Positions 30,001 to 38,303 of a stretch of 64,000 bases of DNA are shown in pieces. Position numbers and translations under genes: made by a program. Positions within the stretch are counted from its first letter, which is position 1; each line of letters begins with the position of its first letter. The stretch is from a virus. The stretch lies in the IMG/VR virus record IMGVR_UViG_3300043570_000570, positions 1-64,000 of that record; one strand, 5' to 3'. The notes under the pieces are model-generated. The model searched no databases. It was given only the letters and a program-made list of their open reading frames with translations, and had not been told where the DNA came from.

Positions 30001-30043
30001 GACGAGCATAAGGACCTACACTACCTTTAAATTTATCTGGCAT
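24059..30043 (-). CDS. Giant ejected cargo protein
   Basis: 1994 aa; Gly/Ala hydrophobic segments at about 28400-28780; coiled-coil regions; poly-Thr linker; immediately upstream of the vRNAP. Confidence 0.7.
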   Translation of the reverse strand: MPDKFKGSVGPYARPLAGAAPGDMRSRFNALVPLEVQNAYQQKAEIDVLEADRLENQKLLQEQRNVKLNSLKSLYRQAMPNAQFADRAASSVFDRIENATSKQDINNIYGEIESIREKAQDNLFLFDAMETFSGLGESLASTAKGLFLGKETEVEKKKKLLTQANPDLASISGSVLPRDLFVEGINALKEADFKSYGQQVIQKYQSPLELNQALEKARHGSSGSFKDFDAFVAPRLDDAFATKGHYLYREGEEGAQFQKDARNAFANPTQNQISANFKHDLEKESLSSLKGAVMQKLQGELLKPRDAVDYNADNIKYYRNSLNIIDQRLNSLSGVYKVDKYAPDIQKTLFGESSSARRSTVKAFGDTLPGQWVQDLIGGSDFDKAVFSEAFYKPEVVTYDKENKPVMSNQFMYTKTDGSKGFNFGAIPEAGGAMVAQMMPIIAVGGLVGGAIKGVAGAELGWASSAAAGVARGYDALNKVSALGKELKLADRVATFASVAANTIPHFVEQEKRWGGDYVKRGFAGGIVEATAEAVGFPDVGALKMRPMTTTLTSSAMRAANLELGFGQRLGAYLNNSYQFAKLGLKQNAVEALEEELSLIGNSIVQNTLMPEEYALRDREEITAKTLTDTLVESFAAGLIYSFGTTGAGAYSYTRPQNLNNMANWEAANNADLFIAKLSDLKDKGKITDQDFVQGMAKARNLEGTLKSMVGFDNIRDLKTLNLDKDEQYNLFTNLLRKNDLLQIDYDSLSEDEKNTLAKYKIGNKLSKEQTTRVQEIKQQLAELPPRETATKEEQDKRIELTLMYQRLTRANTQFVKKGEITDEDKKFFYEKGVLQDADLQYSQEDVDKEIASIDKSILKTQKRIDRYANLTNSEKNEIIKKVYDEKIEAVMGIDSAGDLVSSMTALRNDLNYLKLKGEEEVPGQIEHKERLLDAYGKQMYDLTNERDEFGQNKIEQKVSTFDANTMEQEGDFYSMLKAQEYLESNKDHVNQDLYETIQENLNDSFDRAQSALAEATPEVRSKVLVDFLDKVTLKNTNYAYNVDLVNQMFPAAKYTQEELEDSREALIQRRADARSKQSVSTQVLPEGEEDQERQKEFNEVALQAAETPEVVDESGKSNRDDIYLAGYERMVERAKSNPLGFAPAIEGEIKKRLATVFSKGTKDYDTLINAFDNLLDKKITPAEFRNIFLSVWRANKENKSKADAVIFLKFIADRYFANDMPADRVAQKTTTTTTTTTTTTTTIPPTGTKTVPKKNEPNPKQKGKVDRLNEVVTQEVQARKTQLEYLASPLRSAALEYTKNNTKNEDPAVRRNVSLIEQLTTTPNIKIRIMNRKLFLKYHIMQRSEDVDPTQEFEKIVTHISENQMSVDIWNAMSEEDKEILMTPIDAIIGKNFYDSGMIKFFFTSTDTNGKLLPVGSGLFTNSEAIITAIDSEENLVTLEGLPMELNLSLTTSSSFKISDNVIREYSKLGGSEQELRNKNADTFQRLLALKKAVSEANSFEDSLPYLDFDYDVSFGIMLPTPINTFERGSSTELENIKKARISDFKIIEDPREPVFGRNYAFEKGRVYFNNNGNPTLLTNNKIDPAEADALAELYFSEENPYFASPKEAEGYLFNLINQVDRDSRLHFFVNEDYEPGNGQFPVVIVQSKKTPTGFQNSVLTKEEFADVLKNHYYKASLTLMKSGDSILRLKPEGPVTQSYAEYLKDTHNFPIKDGEVARPVNKVVYLSTEILKEQFPEIVGVVPKVETPKQVVNAPAVPAQPIDVVAALETPAKPSGPSALQTLSILLYPKALDAISKSAVPDASQLSGITRIGEEFYQMAVNTVLADPSKLSTVYYPKLIKNNNGGTGASVYFELTPYDSEDPGALGSPFYAARVQIAEREKPVTIILVKPNSPFGKNFGTPRFLAEIDLANPSEGKMSSTVPTAPVVPTQPAEPPVAKKTRPVLTANTFEEPQAEVTSESPFLDSLQDEEELRAAAKEVKEACKGDLDDIA

Positions 30044-31764
30044 TACTTTGGATCTGTGTTGGGTTTAACTCTTCTAATATCTTGTGCATTAAACAGAGAC
30101 ATTGCATCCATACTTCCTAATTCTTCTAAGTCGAACTTATAACCGAATCCACCTGCATCTGTTATGTAATAGTCTTCAACTGCTACATCTTTCTTTGGAA
30201 CTAGAGTATAACCTGAACCCATAGTAGCATCTCTAGAATTTACTTCACTAATGTCTACAATATCACCATTTCTATCTTGAATGTCATATAGTCCAGTAGC
30301 AATATTTCTTAAATTTTCTACTGTCTTTCTATATTTAGAATCATCGCCAAAAGTGGCTTTAATTATTTTAGTATCTTGAGGATCCCAAGTATTGCTAAGT
30401 ACTGCACGAAGTAAAGCATCTTTTACATTTACAGGTATATCTTGTCCATTAGCATCTTGACCCCTAGATAATAGTTTCTTAAGAGCAACCATTAACTGTT
30501 GTTGTTTCTGTAAATCATTAGTTCCAACACCTGATAAAAGATCATTCTTAAGAGTCAAGCCTGTAGGTTTACCTGAAACACTTTGAGTCTCTTTCATAAA
30601 TCCACCATCTATTTCAAAACTTCCAGGAGGCAAAGCAATCTTACCTTCTTTGGCGTTAGTACTTAGCCCCATCCTATCAAGAGTAACTTCTTCTTGTATT
30701 CTTAAACTCGATTCATAAGCTTTTAATTTGTATTGATCTACATCTAGATCTTTCTCTACCTGGGTATAAGCATAGGCATTACTTGCATCAAATATAGTTT
30801 GATCTTGTAGATAACCTATTACTTCATTATCTGGAATATCTGCTAAACTCCTAGAAGCTCTTTGAGATAAAATATCTCTTTGAATGTAAGCTCTACTCAG
30901 AGAACGGTCTACTTCAAGAATCCTAGGGTCATCCATAGGGATATTCTTTTGTTTAGCCATCTCTTTCCTACCTTCTAAGTCTGCAATCTGTGCATTACTT
31001 AATTGTAGAGTTTCATTAATATGTCCCAAGTATTCAGTTTTAATTCCATCTTGATTAGAGTTTAAATACTTGTATTGAGAATCCATTTGTAACTGTTCAC
31101 TTTCAGCAGGGGTAAGCATGGATGTATAAGCATCTCTAATACGTCCTTGATCTACACTACTTATTATTGTTTTTTCAATACGTCTTCCGTCTGGAGTAAA
31201 CTCATACTTAGTTTCAATGTTAGGTTTAATTTTAGAGAAAGCTTCTCCCCACTTTTTACCTGTGCCCTCTTGATAAGGTTTATAACTTTGGTAACCAAGT
31301 TTACTTGCAACATCTCCGTTATTCTTCCATTCTGCAATATCTTTAAAAAAGAAATAGTCATTAGCAGGCCCCCTAAGTTTAGGATCAAGTTTTTTATACT
31401 CGTCCATCATAGTATTATAAGTCTTAGAAGACTCTACTGCAGTACGAAGGGTAGGATCATTCTCTAAAGGTCTTCCTATGTTTAAAACAGAATCTACATT
31501 TCCTTTAACGGAAAAATCTAAACCTGCATTCTGGTTAATTGCTTTAACCATGTTAGACATGTTCTTATCAAAGTATTCTTTGTCTACGTCTCTAACTAGG
31601 TTGTTTCTTATTTTACCGTAAGCATCTATACTTTGTTGTACTCTAGATCTACCTTCATCAAACATTTCCTGTTTTTTAACAGCAAGTTTAATTAAATCAT
31701 CTGCAGGCAAAGATTCAACGTAGTCTGGGTAAACAAATTTGGTATGTTGGGCTGAAATTGGCAT
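30043..31764 (-). CDS. Cargo/internal virion protein
   Basis: 573 aa; Y...LP..L......KQ..FD N-terminus; position within the crAss cargo block. Confidence 0.6.
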   Translation of the reverse strand: MPISAQHTKFVYPDYVESLPADDLIKLAVKKQEMFDEGRSRVQQSIDAYGKIRNNLVRDVDKEYFDKNMSNMVKAINQNAGLDFSVKGNVDSVLNIGRPLENDPTLRTAVESSKTYNTMMDEYKKLDPKLRGPANDYFFFKDIAEWKNNGDVASKLGYQSYKPYQEGTGKKWGEAFSKIKPNIETKYEFTPDGRRIEKTIISSVDQGRIRDAYTSMLTPAESEQLQMDSQYKYLNSNQDGIKTEYLGHINETLQLSNAQIADLEGRKEMAKQKNIPMDDPRILEVDRSLSRAYIQRDILSQRASRSLADIPDNEVIGYLQDQTIFDASNAYAYTQVEKDLDVDQYKLKAYESSLRIQEEVTLDRMGLSTNAKEGKIALPPGSFEIDGGFMKETQSVSGKPTGLTLKNDLLSGVGTNDLQKQQQLMVALKKLLSRGQDANGQDIPVNVKDALLRAVLSNTWDPQDTKIIKATFGDDSKYRKTVENLRNIATGLYDIQDRNGDIVDISEVNSRDATMGSGYTLVPKKDVAVEDYYITDAGGFGYKFDLEELGSMDAMSLFNAQDIRRVKPNTDPK

Positions 31765-31767
31765 GGT

Positions 31768-34236
31768 TTAATATTTAGATTTTTTATACATTCCTTTTTT
31801 AGCAGTCTTCTTTTCCTTGGATGTAGTACCGTCTACATAGTCATTGAATTGATTGAAGTAAAAAGGTAGTTGTCCATCAACTACATCCATCTGACCTTGA
31901 GACTTTGTATTAAAAGAAGGAACAAGGTTATTAATAAAAGCAGCTTTACGAGACTCACTTTGATCAAAGTAAGCTTTCTTGTTAATTAAATTTGCAATTG
32001 CTGCTTGTTTTTCTGCAGACTGAGCATCACTTGCTTGAGCCATTTGATTGTTATATACTTTATCAAAAGCATTCAAGTTTATTTGATCTGCTTGAAATTT
32101 CATCTGAGCATTGGCTTGATCTGTATTAGCCCTACTCTGCATGTCATAGTTTTCTCCAGTTTCTGAAATTTTTTGCTTAGCATCTAACCCTGCAATATAA
32201 ACATCTAAAGGATCTGCTCCTGCTCTTATTGCAGCTGTACCTGAATTATCTACGTTTTGCATCTGACTACGAGTATTATAAGTTTGAGAACGAAGATAAG
32301 GAGAATCGACTTCAGGAATACCATAAGCATATTTTTCTTGTGCTCGAGCAAGTCCCATGAGTTCAGGAATAGCTTGATACAAAGGAAATTTACCTGCAGT
32401 ATATTGTCCTCTTGGAGCAGTACCTGATTGATTGAATGTTATTTCTCCTGGATCTACTGGAGCATTTTCATACTGATAGTCCATACCATCCTCTCTACTT
32501 TTTAATCTTAACATTTCTCCAATAGTAGTATTTCCTATAATTCCATCAGCTTTTGATATAGCTTTTCCTTTATACATATCATCGTACACACCTTGAGGAG
32601 TAAGATCAACGTCAGCTAAAACATCTTTAAATTCTGGATTGTCTTTTAAATCTGCTAAATCTAAATAAGATTGTTGGAAAGTAGTACCTTGCTCCGTGCT
32701 TAGGGGAGTCATACCTAGTTTCGTTGCTATCTGATTGTATATTTTATTCTTCATCCCTCCTGATGTTCTATCAAGATCTTCTGTTTTAATATCTAGATTA
32801 GGATCATTTTTAGCAGCTTCTTTAATTGTGTAAAATTGTTTTTGAGCATTCATAAAGTTATCCATGAATTGATCTTTAGTGATATCTTCATTAGGATTTC
32901 TTTCTTTGTATTTAGCATACATTGCATCTTTAACTTTAGCAAACTCTGGACGATTAAAAGTGCTACTTAATTCATCAAAGTTTGTATTGTAGTCTCCAAG
33001 AGTAGTTTTCTTATTAGCCGCAGTTACTTTCATAGGTCTATTGTTTTCTCCCATGACATAGTCTCCTACCTGAATAGAAGGATCTCCTTGTTTTTTAATA
33101 GTAACTCCTGCAGGAACTTTATACTTAACTCCTCCATCTTCCATCTGTAAAGTTTGCGCTTCTTGAACATTTCCCCCATACTGCATTTCTGCAAGTATTT
33201 TATCTTGCACACTTTGAGGAAGTGCCTTGAAGCCTGCATTGTTAATGCTTGCACCATTTCTTGACATTAATTCTCCATTAGAATTTCCATTAAGAGCCTG
33301 TTGATCATTAAACAAACTATCAAGTATTTTCTGGTTACGTTGCATCATAATACCAGCAGTATCTTTATCTACTTGTTTAGCAAAAGGATTATCAAGAGTC
33401 TTCTTATATGATGTGATGTCATAGTTCTTAGCCATTTGAGCAAAGGTCTTTTTAGAACCTTCGGGCTTCAGACTGTTAGAATATACACGAGTTTCATCAG
33501 GAAGGTTTGTAGGTATCCCTCCACGCTCGTGAGAAGGGCCTGTAGCTATTTCTGTTTCAAAGTTTGGAAGTTGGATAAACTCTCCACCCTCAATCTCTAC
33601 GTTATTGCCCCCACCAGAAGAATAACGTTTGTTTATTTGTGCACCCATTTCTGCTGTAATTACATTTTTTCTTCCTGTACCTCCACTACTAGTACGACCA
33701 TACATATAGTTGTAATCGTAAAGAGGCTTAGAGTTTCGTTGTTGTATTGATTGGTTTACTGTACGGTCGTTTTTTAAATCTTGATTATAAGCAAAGGCTG
33801 AGTCTACCGCTAGTAATCCTAATGTAGGCAAATAATTTGGTTCAGTATCTTTTGTATCTTCAGGCTTTGTTTGACCTTCATTTGCTTTAGTACCTGTATT
33901 ACTATAAAGAAAATTAAGAGTTTTAGAAGCATCATTAAATGTTCCAGGCTCATAAGTAGTTCCTTCTGAAGTAATTGTACCTTCAGGCATTAAAGAACTT
34001 CTGTAACTTCCTTTAGGAGCAAAGGGTTTACCTAGTGTATTAGAATTACGTTGAGCAAAGTCTTTTTGTAATACAGCATTTAATTCTTCTGCTGTAGGGA
34101 TATTTAGATTTCCTTCGTTAGTAATTTGTTCTACTTGAGGAGAAACAAGATTATTAGGGGAAGTACTAATACCTTTATTAGGAATATCATCTATTCCTCC
34201 AGTGCCAAATTTTTTGTAAAGCGAGTATCGTAACAT
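31768..34236 (-). CDS. Cargo protein (crAss cargo-protein-1-like)
   Basis: NVEIEGGE...GPSHERGG...RVYS..LK motif; Q/N/A-rich C-terminus; several xxxGG motifs. Confidence 0.65.
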   Translation of the reverse strand: MLRYSLYKKFGTGGIDDIPNKGISTSPNNLVSPQVEQITNEGNLNIPTAEELNAVLQKDFAQRNSNTLGKPFAPKGSYRSSLMPEGTITSEGTTYEPGTFNDASKTLNFLYSNTGTKANEGQTKPEDTKDTEPNYLPTLGLLAVDSAFAYNQDLKNDRTVNQSIQQRNSKPLYDYNYMYGRTSSGGTGRKNVITAEMGAQINKRYSSGGGNNVEIEGGEFIQLPNFETEIATGPSHERGGIPTNLPDETRVYSNSLKPEGSKKTFAQMAKNYDITSYKKTLDNPFAKQVDKDTAGIMMQRNQKILDSLFNDQQALNGNSNGELMSRNGASINNAGFKALPQSVQDKILAEMQYGGNVQEAQTLQMEDGGVKYKVPAGVTIKKQGDPSIQVGDYVMGENNRPMKVTAANKKTTLGDYNTNFDELSSTFNRPEFAKVKDAMYAKYKERNPNEDITKDQFMDNFMNAQKQFYTIKEAAKNDPNLDIKTEDLDRTSGGMKNKIYNQIATKLGMTPLSTEQGTTFQQSYLDLADLKDNPEFKDVLADVDLTPQGVYDDMYKGKAISKADGIIGNTTIGEMLRLKSREDGMDYQYENAPVDPGEITFNQSGTAPRGQYTAGKFPLYQAIPELMGLARAQEKYAYGIPEVDSPYLRSQTYNTRSQMQNVDNSGTAAIRAGADPLDVYIAGLDAKQKISETGENYDMQSRANTDQANAQMKFQADQINLNAFDKVYNNQMAQASDAQSAEKQAAIANLINKKAYFDQSESRKAAFINNLVPSFNTKSQGQMDVVDGQLPFYFNQFNDYVDGTTSKEKKTAKKGMYKKSKY

Positions 34237-34299
34237 GTTTTAATTATTTATGTTATTAACATAGAAAGTTAATAACTGCTTGAGTTTAAGCTAGTTATA

Positions 34300-34329
34300 C
34301 AAATATACAAGATTAAGATAAAAAAGCAA
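34300..34329 (-). promoter_or_regulatory. Flavobacterium-type promoter for the cargo operon
   Basis: TTG-N19-TATATTTG. Confidence 0.75.
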
Positions 34330-34349
34330 GGGTTGATTTCTCAACCCTG
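34320..34349 (-). terminator. Intrinsic terminator
   Basis: AGGGTTGA-4nt-TCAACCCT stem followed by a T tract on the minus strand. Confidence 0.65.
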
Positions 34350-34493
34350 ACCTCTACTTTTCTTGAGATAATTTTTGCTAGACTTTGACTTAGATGCCTT
34401 AGTCTTTGCTACAACTCCTTTTCTTCTTACCTTAGGTTTAACCTTAAACTTTGAAGATGAAGATGTATTTGATTTAGATGCTTTAGCTGCCAT
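34341..34493 (-). CDS. 50-aa very basic K/S-rich peptide ending KKSRGQG
   Basis: Not in the ORF track. MAAKASKSNTSSSSKFKVKPKVRRKGVVAKTKASKSKSSKNYLKKSRGQG; A-rich leader; followed by a terminator. Confidence 0.75.
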   Translation of the reverse strand: MAAKASKSNTSSSSKFKVKPKVRRKGVVAKTKASKSKSSKNYLKKSRGQG

Positions 34494-34524
34494 ATATTTA
34501 GTTTTAGTTTTTTAGTATTTTAGT

Positions 34525-35097
34525 TTAGCACTTCCAACGTTTACGTGCTTGACGTATTCTGCTGTTAGGATCATTCTGTGTAGCCTGTGAAGATCCACGT
34601 AGTTGTCCTAATGAACGAGCACAATAAGATTTTCTACGACCAGCTGCTTTGCTGCCTGCTTTAACCTTACCTGTTACTGCTGTGCTTAAGTTAGATCCAG
34701 GGTTTGCTCTACGATAAGCCATAACTCCTTTTTGAGTCATGCCTGCTCCTGACTTAGTAGGACGATAGTTTGCTCCTGGTCCTTTAGTAGTCTTTGCAAT
34801 AGTTCCTCCTTTAGCCATGTAAGCAGCTTTAAGTCTTCCTCCTGACATAAACTTGTATCCGTACTTAGAAGCATCTTGTCTAGCCTCAGATACGTTTCCT
34901 TTATTAGCTGCTACAAATCTTGCCTTAGCAACACTAGTAGGCATCTTACCGCCATCAGCCATTTCACGTTTAATCTTACGTTCTTGCTTAAGCATTTCTG
35001 GAGTAGGTTTCTTGCCTGAGCCTCTCTTTGCACGGATGTTATCCCACAATCCTCTTTGTGAGTAAGATCCATCTTTACGTTTTATCATCTGTTTCAT
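34525..35097 (-). CDS. Basic modular protein (C-terminal DUF6321-like domain)
   Basis: GLWDNIRAKR module; GMT.KGV.AYRRANPGS.L.TAVT...RRKSYCARS...DPNSRI..AR.RWKC module; MADGG, FMSGG and MAKGG linkers. Confidence 0.7.
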   Translation of the reverse strand: MKQMIKRKDGSYSQRGLWDNIRAKRGSGKKPTPEMLKQERKIKREMADGGKMPTSVAKARFVAANKGNVSEARQDASKYGYKFMSGGRLKAAYMAKGGTIAKTTKGPGANYRPTKSGAGMTQKGVMAYRRANPGSNLSTAVTGKVKAGSKAAGRRKSYCARSLGQLRGSSQATQNDPNSRIRQARKRWKC

Positions 35098-37307
35098 TTT
35101 TTTACTTTTGATTTAGCTAAGAATGAAGTTAGGTCATACTTTACTTTTTCTCTATCGAACTGTTTTGATAGTTGGTTAGCCAACTTTAATCTGTTGGGTT
35201 TACTTTCTACTCTACGAAGAATACTTGCTACTCCGTTAACCATGTCTTTATCATCACTGTGGTCTATCTTGCCTCCTCTTTCATAAGTACTAAAAGGTAA
35301 ATACTTACTAAATGAAGAAGCATTTTTTTGACCTTCTGATTGATCCTTTATATAATCAATAGCTTTTTTTTGGTCTGGAAATAAACTAGTTTTTCCTCGA
35401 CCTAAAAAAGTATTCTCTCCCTGACGTAGTTGATTTACTCTATTTGCATTTAATATACCTTCTGATGTATTATACATAAAAGGAGCAGTAGACATAGTGT
35501 TGTAATCCATTTCTGTTAGTTTACCTGTCCGCATCCTATCAATAGCACCATCTCCCAAAACACTAGCAAATTCTTGATCGGTTAATTTACCTTTTCCCAT
35601 ACTCATAATTCGTGCTTCCTCTGGCATACCCTCCGCAAACTGTTGTTTCATTTTATACTCAGGAAGGCGATCTCGCATCATTCTTACAGGCTCTACTTCA
35701 CCTTTAAAATAATTTTTAGTTACAAATCCTTCTCCCTGAGGAGTCTTTAAATTGTTCACGTAAAATTCAGAACCACGTAAATCATCTAATGCCCATCTAC
35801 CTGTAAGATCATTAGGTGTTGCTGCTTTATTAAAGTTTGCATGTTCTGTTCTATATACATTTTTATAAGTAGGCAGTGCAGGTTTACCTGCAATTTTAGA
35901 AGTTTGTACTACATCGTCAGCATATTTAGAAACTCCCTTGAGTATCGAACTACCAAAAGGTTTAATTGCTTTAGCAGCTGGTATAACTTGAAGTGCATTC
36001 ATACCAGCATTTAACAAATCGCTCCCGGCTTCAGCAAAATTACCTTGTGCAACATTAGATACAGCAGATCCTGTATTGCCTACTAAATCAGTTGCTGCAA
36101 ATGCAAGTGAAGCAGGATTAACCATATCTAATACATGGTCTAATGGATCAGCAGAACCTTTACGTTGTTCTGCCTGAGATACAAAGGAAGTAGCTTCTCT
36201 AGCTTTTTCATAATCAGATTTAACTTTACCTTGAGTAACACTACCAACTTTCCTTGCATACTGAGCAGCTTCTGCTGCTTTTCTATTAGCTAAGTCAGGA
36301 GTACTTACTTTAGTGTTATCACTATAGCCAGCATTACCTGCAGGACTAGTTCTCATGTAAGGTTTATCAACAATAGGAGTCCAGCCAGACCATCCTCCAT
36401 TATCCATCCGTGTAAGTGGGTAAGTAGGAGTGTTTTGTTGCACTTTAAAAGGTCCTGCAGTAGGCAAATCATTAGGACTGAAAGAGTAAACATTACCTGA
36501 AGGATCCATAGCATGTGAGTATCCTGCAGCTTTATCCCCCCTAATAGCCATGCTAGCAGTTGGATGATCCATAGCTTTTAACATTTTTCCAGTTTGAGGA
36601 TGTCTAGAATATGCATGATATAACCCATCATCTTCCTTAAGTTGAGAATAATCAAAACCAATAGGTCTTTTTAATGAATCCCAATATCCTCTTATGTCAT
36701 ACTGAGAAGTATCACTTTGTAAATTAGAAGGAAGAGTTTTATAAAATTTTTGAAATTCTGTTTCTTCTTTAGGAGTTAAAGAAGTTAATCCTCCATTAGG
36801 CATTATGGGTCTATTAGGATTAGGTCTCATAACCACTTGAGCATTGTCCCTTTGAGGAACTCTCATAGTATTATTATTGTTAACACTAAACTCGTTAACT
36901 GTACCTGCTACTCTTGTAATAGGTTTTATTGTATTGTTAACTCTATTAACTGTTCTGCTAGCTTGAGCAGCACCTATAGCTAAATTACTATAAGGTCTAA
37001 TTCGATTTGCTACTCTAGCTACTCCCATTAATCCTTTAGCAGTTCCTCCTGTTACTATATTTAAAGCGTCTAATCCTGCTCCCATGTAATCACCTTGAGC
37101 AATATTGGATGCAGCACTAGCACCTGAAGCATACATACCTATAGGCCCAGGAATATAACTAGCTGCTTCTACAGCCATACCGAATCCTGTACTTCCCCCA
37201 TTAGGCATCTTACGCTTCTTAGAATTCTTATATGCACCCTTAAGTCTTGAACCTGTAGGTGCATTAGAATTTGCAATTATAGAACCGTTAACCCCTGGGA
37301 CAAACAT
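35094..37307 (-). CDS. Modular cargo/polymorphic-effector-like protein
   Basis: 737 aa; modules split by MPNGG, MPNGG, MDNGG and YERGG; two hydrophobic pre-toxin-like segments; YDIRG..H..HPT module. Confidence 0.55.
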   Translation of the reverse strand: MFVPGVNGSIIANSNAPTGSRLKGAYKNSKKRKMPNGGSTGFGMAVEAASYIPGPIGMYASGASAASNIAQGDYMGAGLDALNIVTGGTAKGLMGVARVANRIRPYSNLAIGAAQASRTVNRVNNTIKPITRVAGTVNEFSVNNNNTMRVPQRDNAQVVMRPNPNRPIMPNGGLTSLTPKEETEFQKFYKTLPSNLQSDTSQYDIRGYWDSLKRPIGFDYSQLKEDDGLYHAYSRHPQTGKMLKAMDHPTASMAIRGDKAAGYSHAMDPSGNVYSFSPNDLPTAGPFKVQQNTPTYPLTRMDNGGWSGWTPIVDKPYMRTSPAGNAGYSDNTKVSTPDLANRKAAEAAQYARKVGSVTQGKVKSDYEKAREATSFVSQAEQRKGSADPLDHVLDMVNPASLAFAATDLVGNTGSAVSNVAQGNFAEAGSDLLNAGMNALQVIPAAKAIKPFGSSILKGVSKYADDVVQTSKIAGKPALPTYKNVYRTEHANFNKAATPNDLTGRWALDDLRGSEFYVNNLKTPQGEGFVTKNYFKGEVEPVRMMRDRLPEYKMKQQFAEGMPEEARIMSMGKGKLTDQEFASVLGDGAIDRMRTGKLTEMDYNTMSTAPFMYNTSEGILNANRVNQLRQGENTFLGRGKTSLFPDQKKAIDYIKDQSEGQKNASSFSKYLPFSTYERGGKIDHSDDKDMVNGVASILRRVESKPNRLKLANQLSKQFDREKVKYDLTSFLAKSKVKK

Positions 37308-37309
37308 AC

Positions 37310-38287
37310 TTATGGACGAATTGAATTATATAACTTAGCTTCAGCTAGTATATTATTTAAAGTTTTTCTTGCTTTACTCATTTTATCTTTGGCTTTCTTA
37401 AGCTTGCCTACATTAGCAAAAGCTTCCGTAACTTCAGCAGGTTCTGCTACTTTAGAAAGTTGTTCTGGATTTATTGCAGTTTGTTTTAAGTTACTAGCAT
37501 TAGACATGCCAGAGTTAGTGTTAGCTGTTGCTCTTGCGTTGTTTTCTGCCATAGCTTTATCCCATTGTTGTGGGGTATAATTCCAAGTTTCTGAAGAAGC
37601 CGTAGCAGTATTCTTAGCAGCAGGTTGAACTTTATTTTCAACTTGAGTTCCTGCTGTTTTTGATTTAATGTAAGACTCATAAGCAGCTTGAGTTTTAGGA
37701 CCCCAAGCACCATCTGTTGCAATATCAAAACCTTTACCACGAAGCATTTCTTGATATGCTCTTACTTTCTCAGTGCCTCCTCTAGCAAGAGGAGTTTTAG
37801 CAGCAGAAGTAGCAGCAGTTGCTGGAGCAACTACAGCAGCATTAGCTACAGGACGAGCTGCATTCTCTGCTTGAGCTTTATCCCAAGTAGATTCATTGTA
37901 CCAGTTTGCAGGACTTTCAATAGTGTTAGGAGCAACAGGCATGCCCATAGAAGACTCGGCAGTAATACCTTTAGGCTCAATAGCCATTACATCTTTTCTT
38001 GCTTCTTTAAGATCTCTTTTAGATACTGTCATACCATCTTCTCCCTTACGCATTCCTGCAAGAGTCTTAGCCAAGTTAGCTCTCTTAACAGTAGTAGAAG
38101 AGTAAGCGCCTTTATTGCTTAGTACCTTATTACGAAATGCAGGTACAGACATACCAGCTCTATTAGCTTGAGCTGTAAAAGATCCTGGTTTCTTAATAGC
38201 ACCTTTGATCCAGTTACCTCCAGATTTCATTTTTATCTTACCTCCGCAATTCATGCAGCCAGAGTAAGAATTCTTTAAACGATTCAT
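37310..38287 (-). CDS. Modular protein with a basic N-terminal module and a peptidoglycan-binding (PG_binding_1-like) domain
   Basis: WIKGAIKKPG...KRANLAKTL module; VRAYQEML..KGFDIATDGAWGPKTQAA. Confidence 0.65.
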   Translation of the reverse strand: MNRLKNSYSGCMNCGGKIKMKSGGNWIKGAIKKPGSFTAQANRAGMSVPAFRNKVLSNKGAYSSTTVKRANLAKTLAGMRKGEDGMTVSKRDLKEARKDVMAIEPKGITAESSMGMPVAPNTIESPANWYNESTWDKAQAENAARPVANAAVVAPATAATSAAKTPLARGGTEKVRAYQEMLRGKGFDIATDGAWGPKTQAAYESYIKSKTAGTQVENKVQPAAKNTATASSETWNYTPQQWDKAMAENNARATANTNSGMSNASNLKQTAINPEQLSKVAEPAEVTEAFANVGKLKKAKDKMSKARKTLNNILAEAKLYNSIRP

Positions 38288-38303
38288 ATTGTTTTGTTTT
38301 ATT

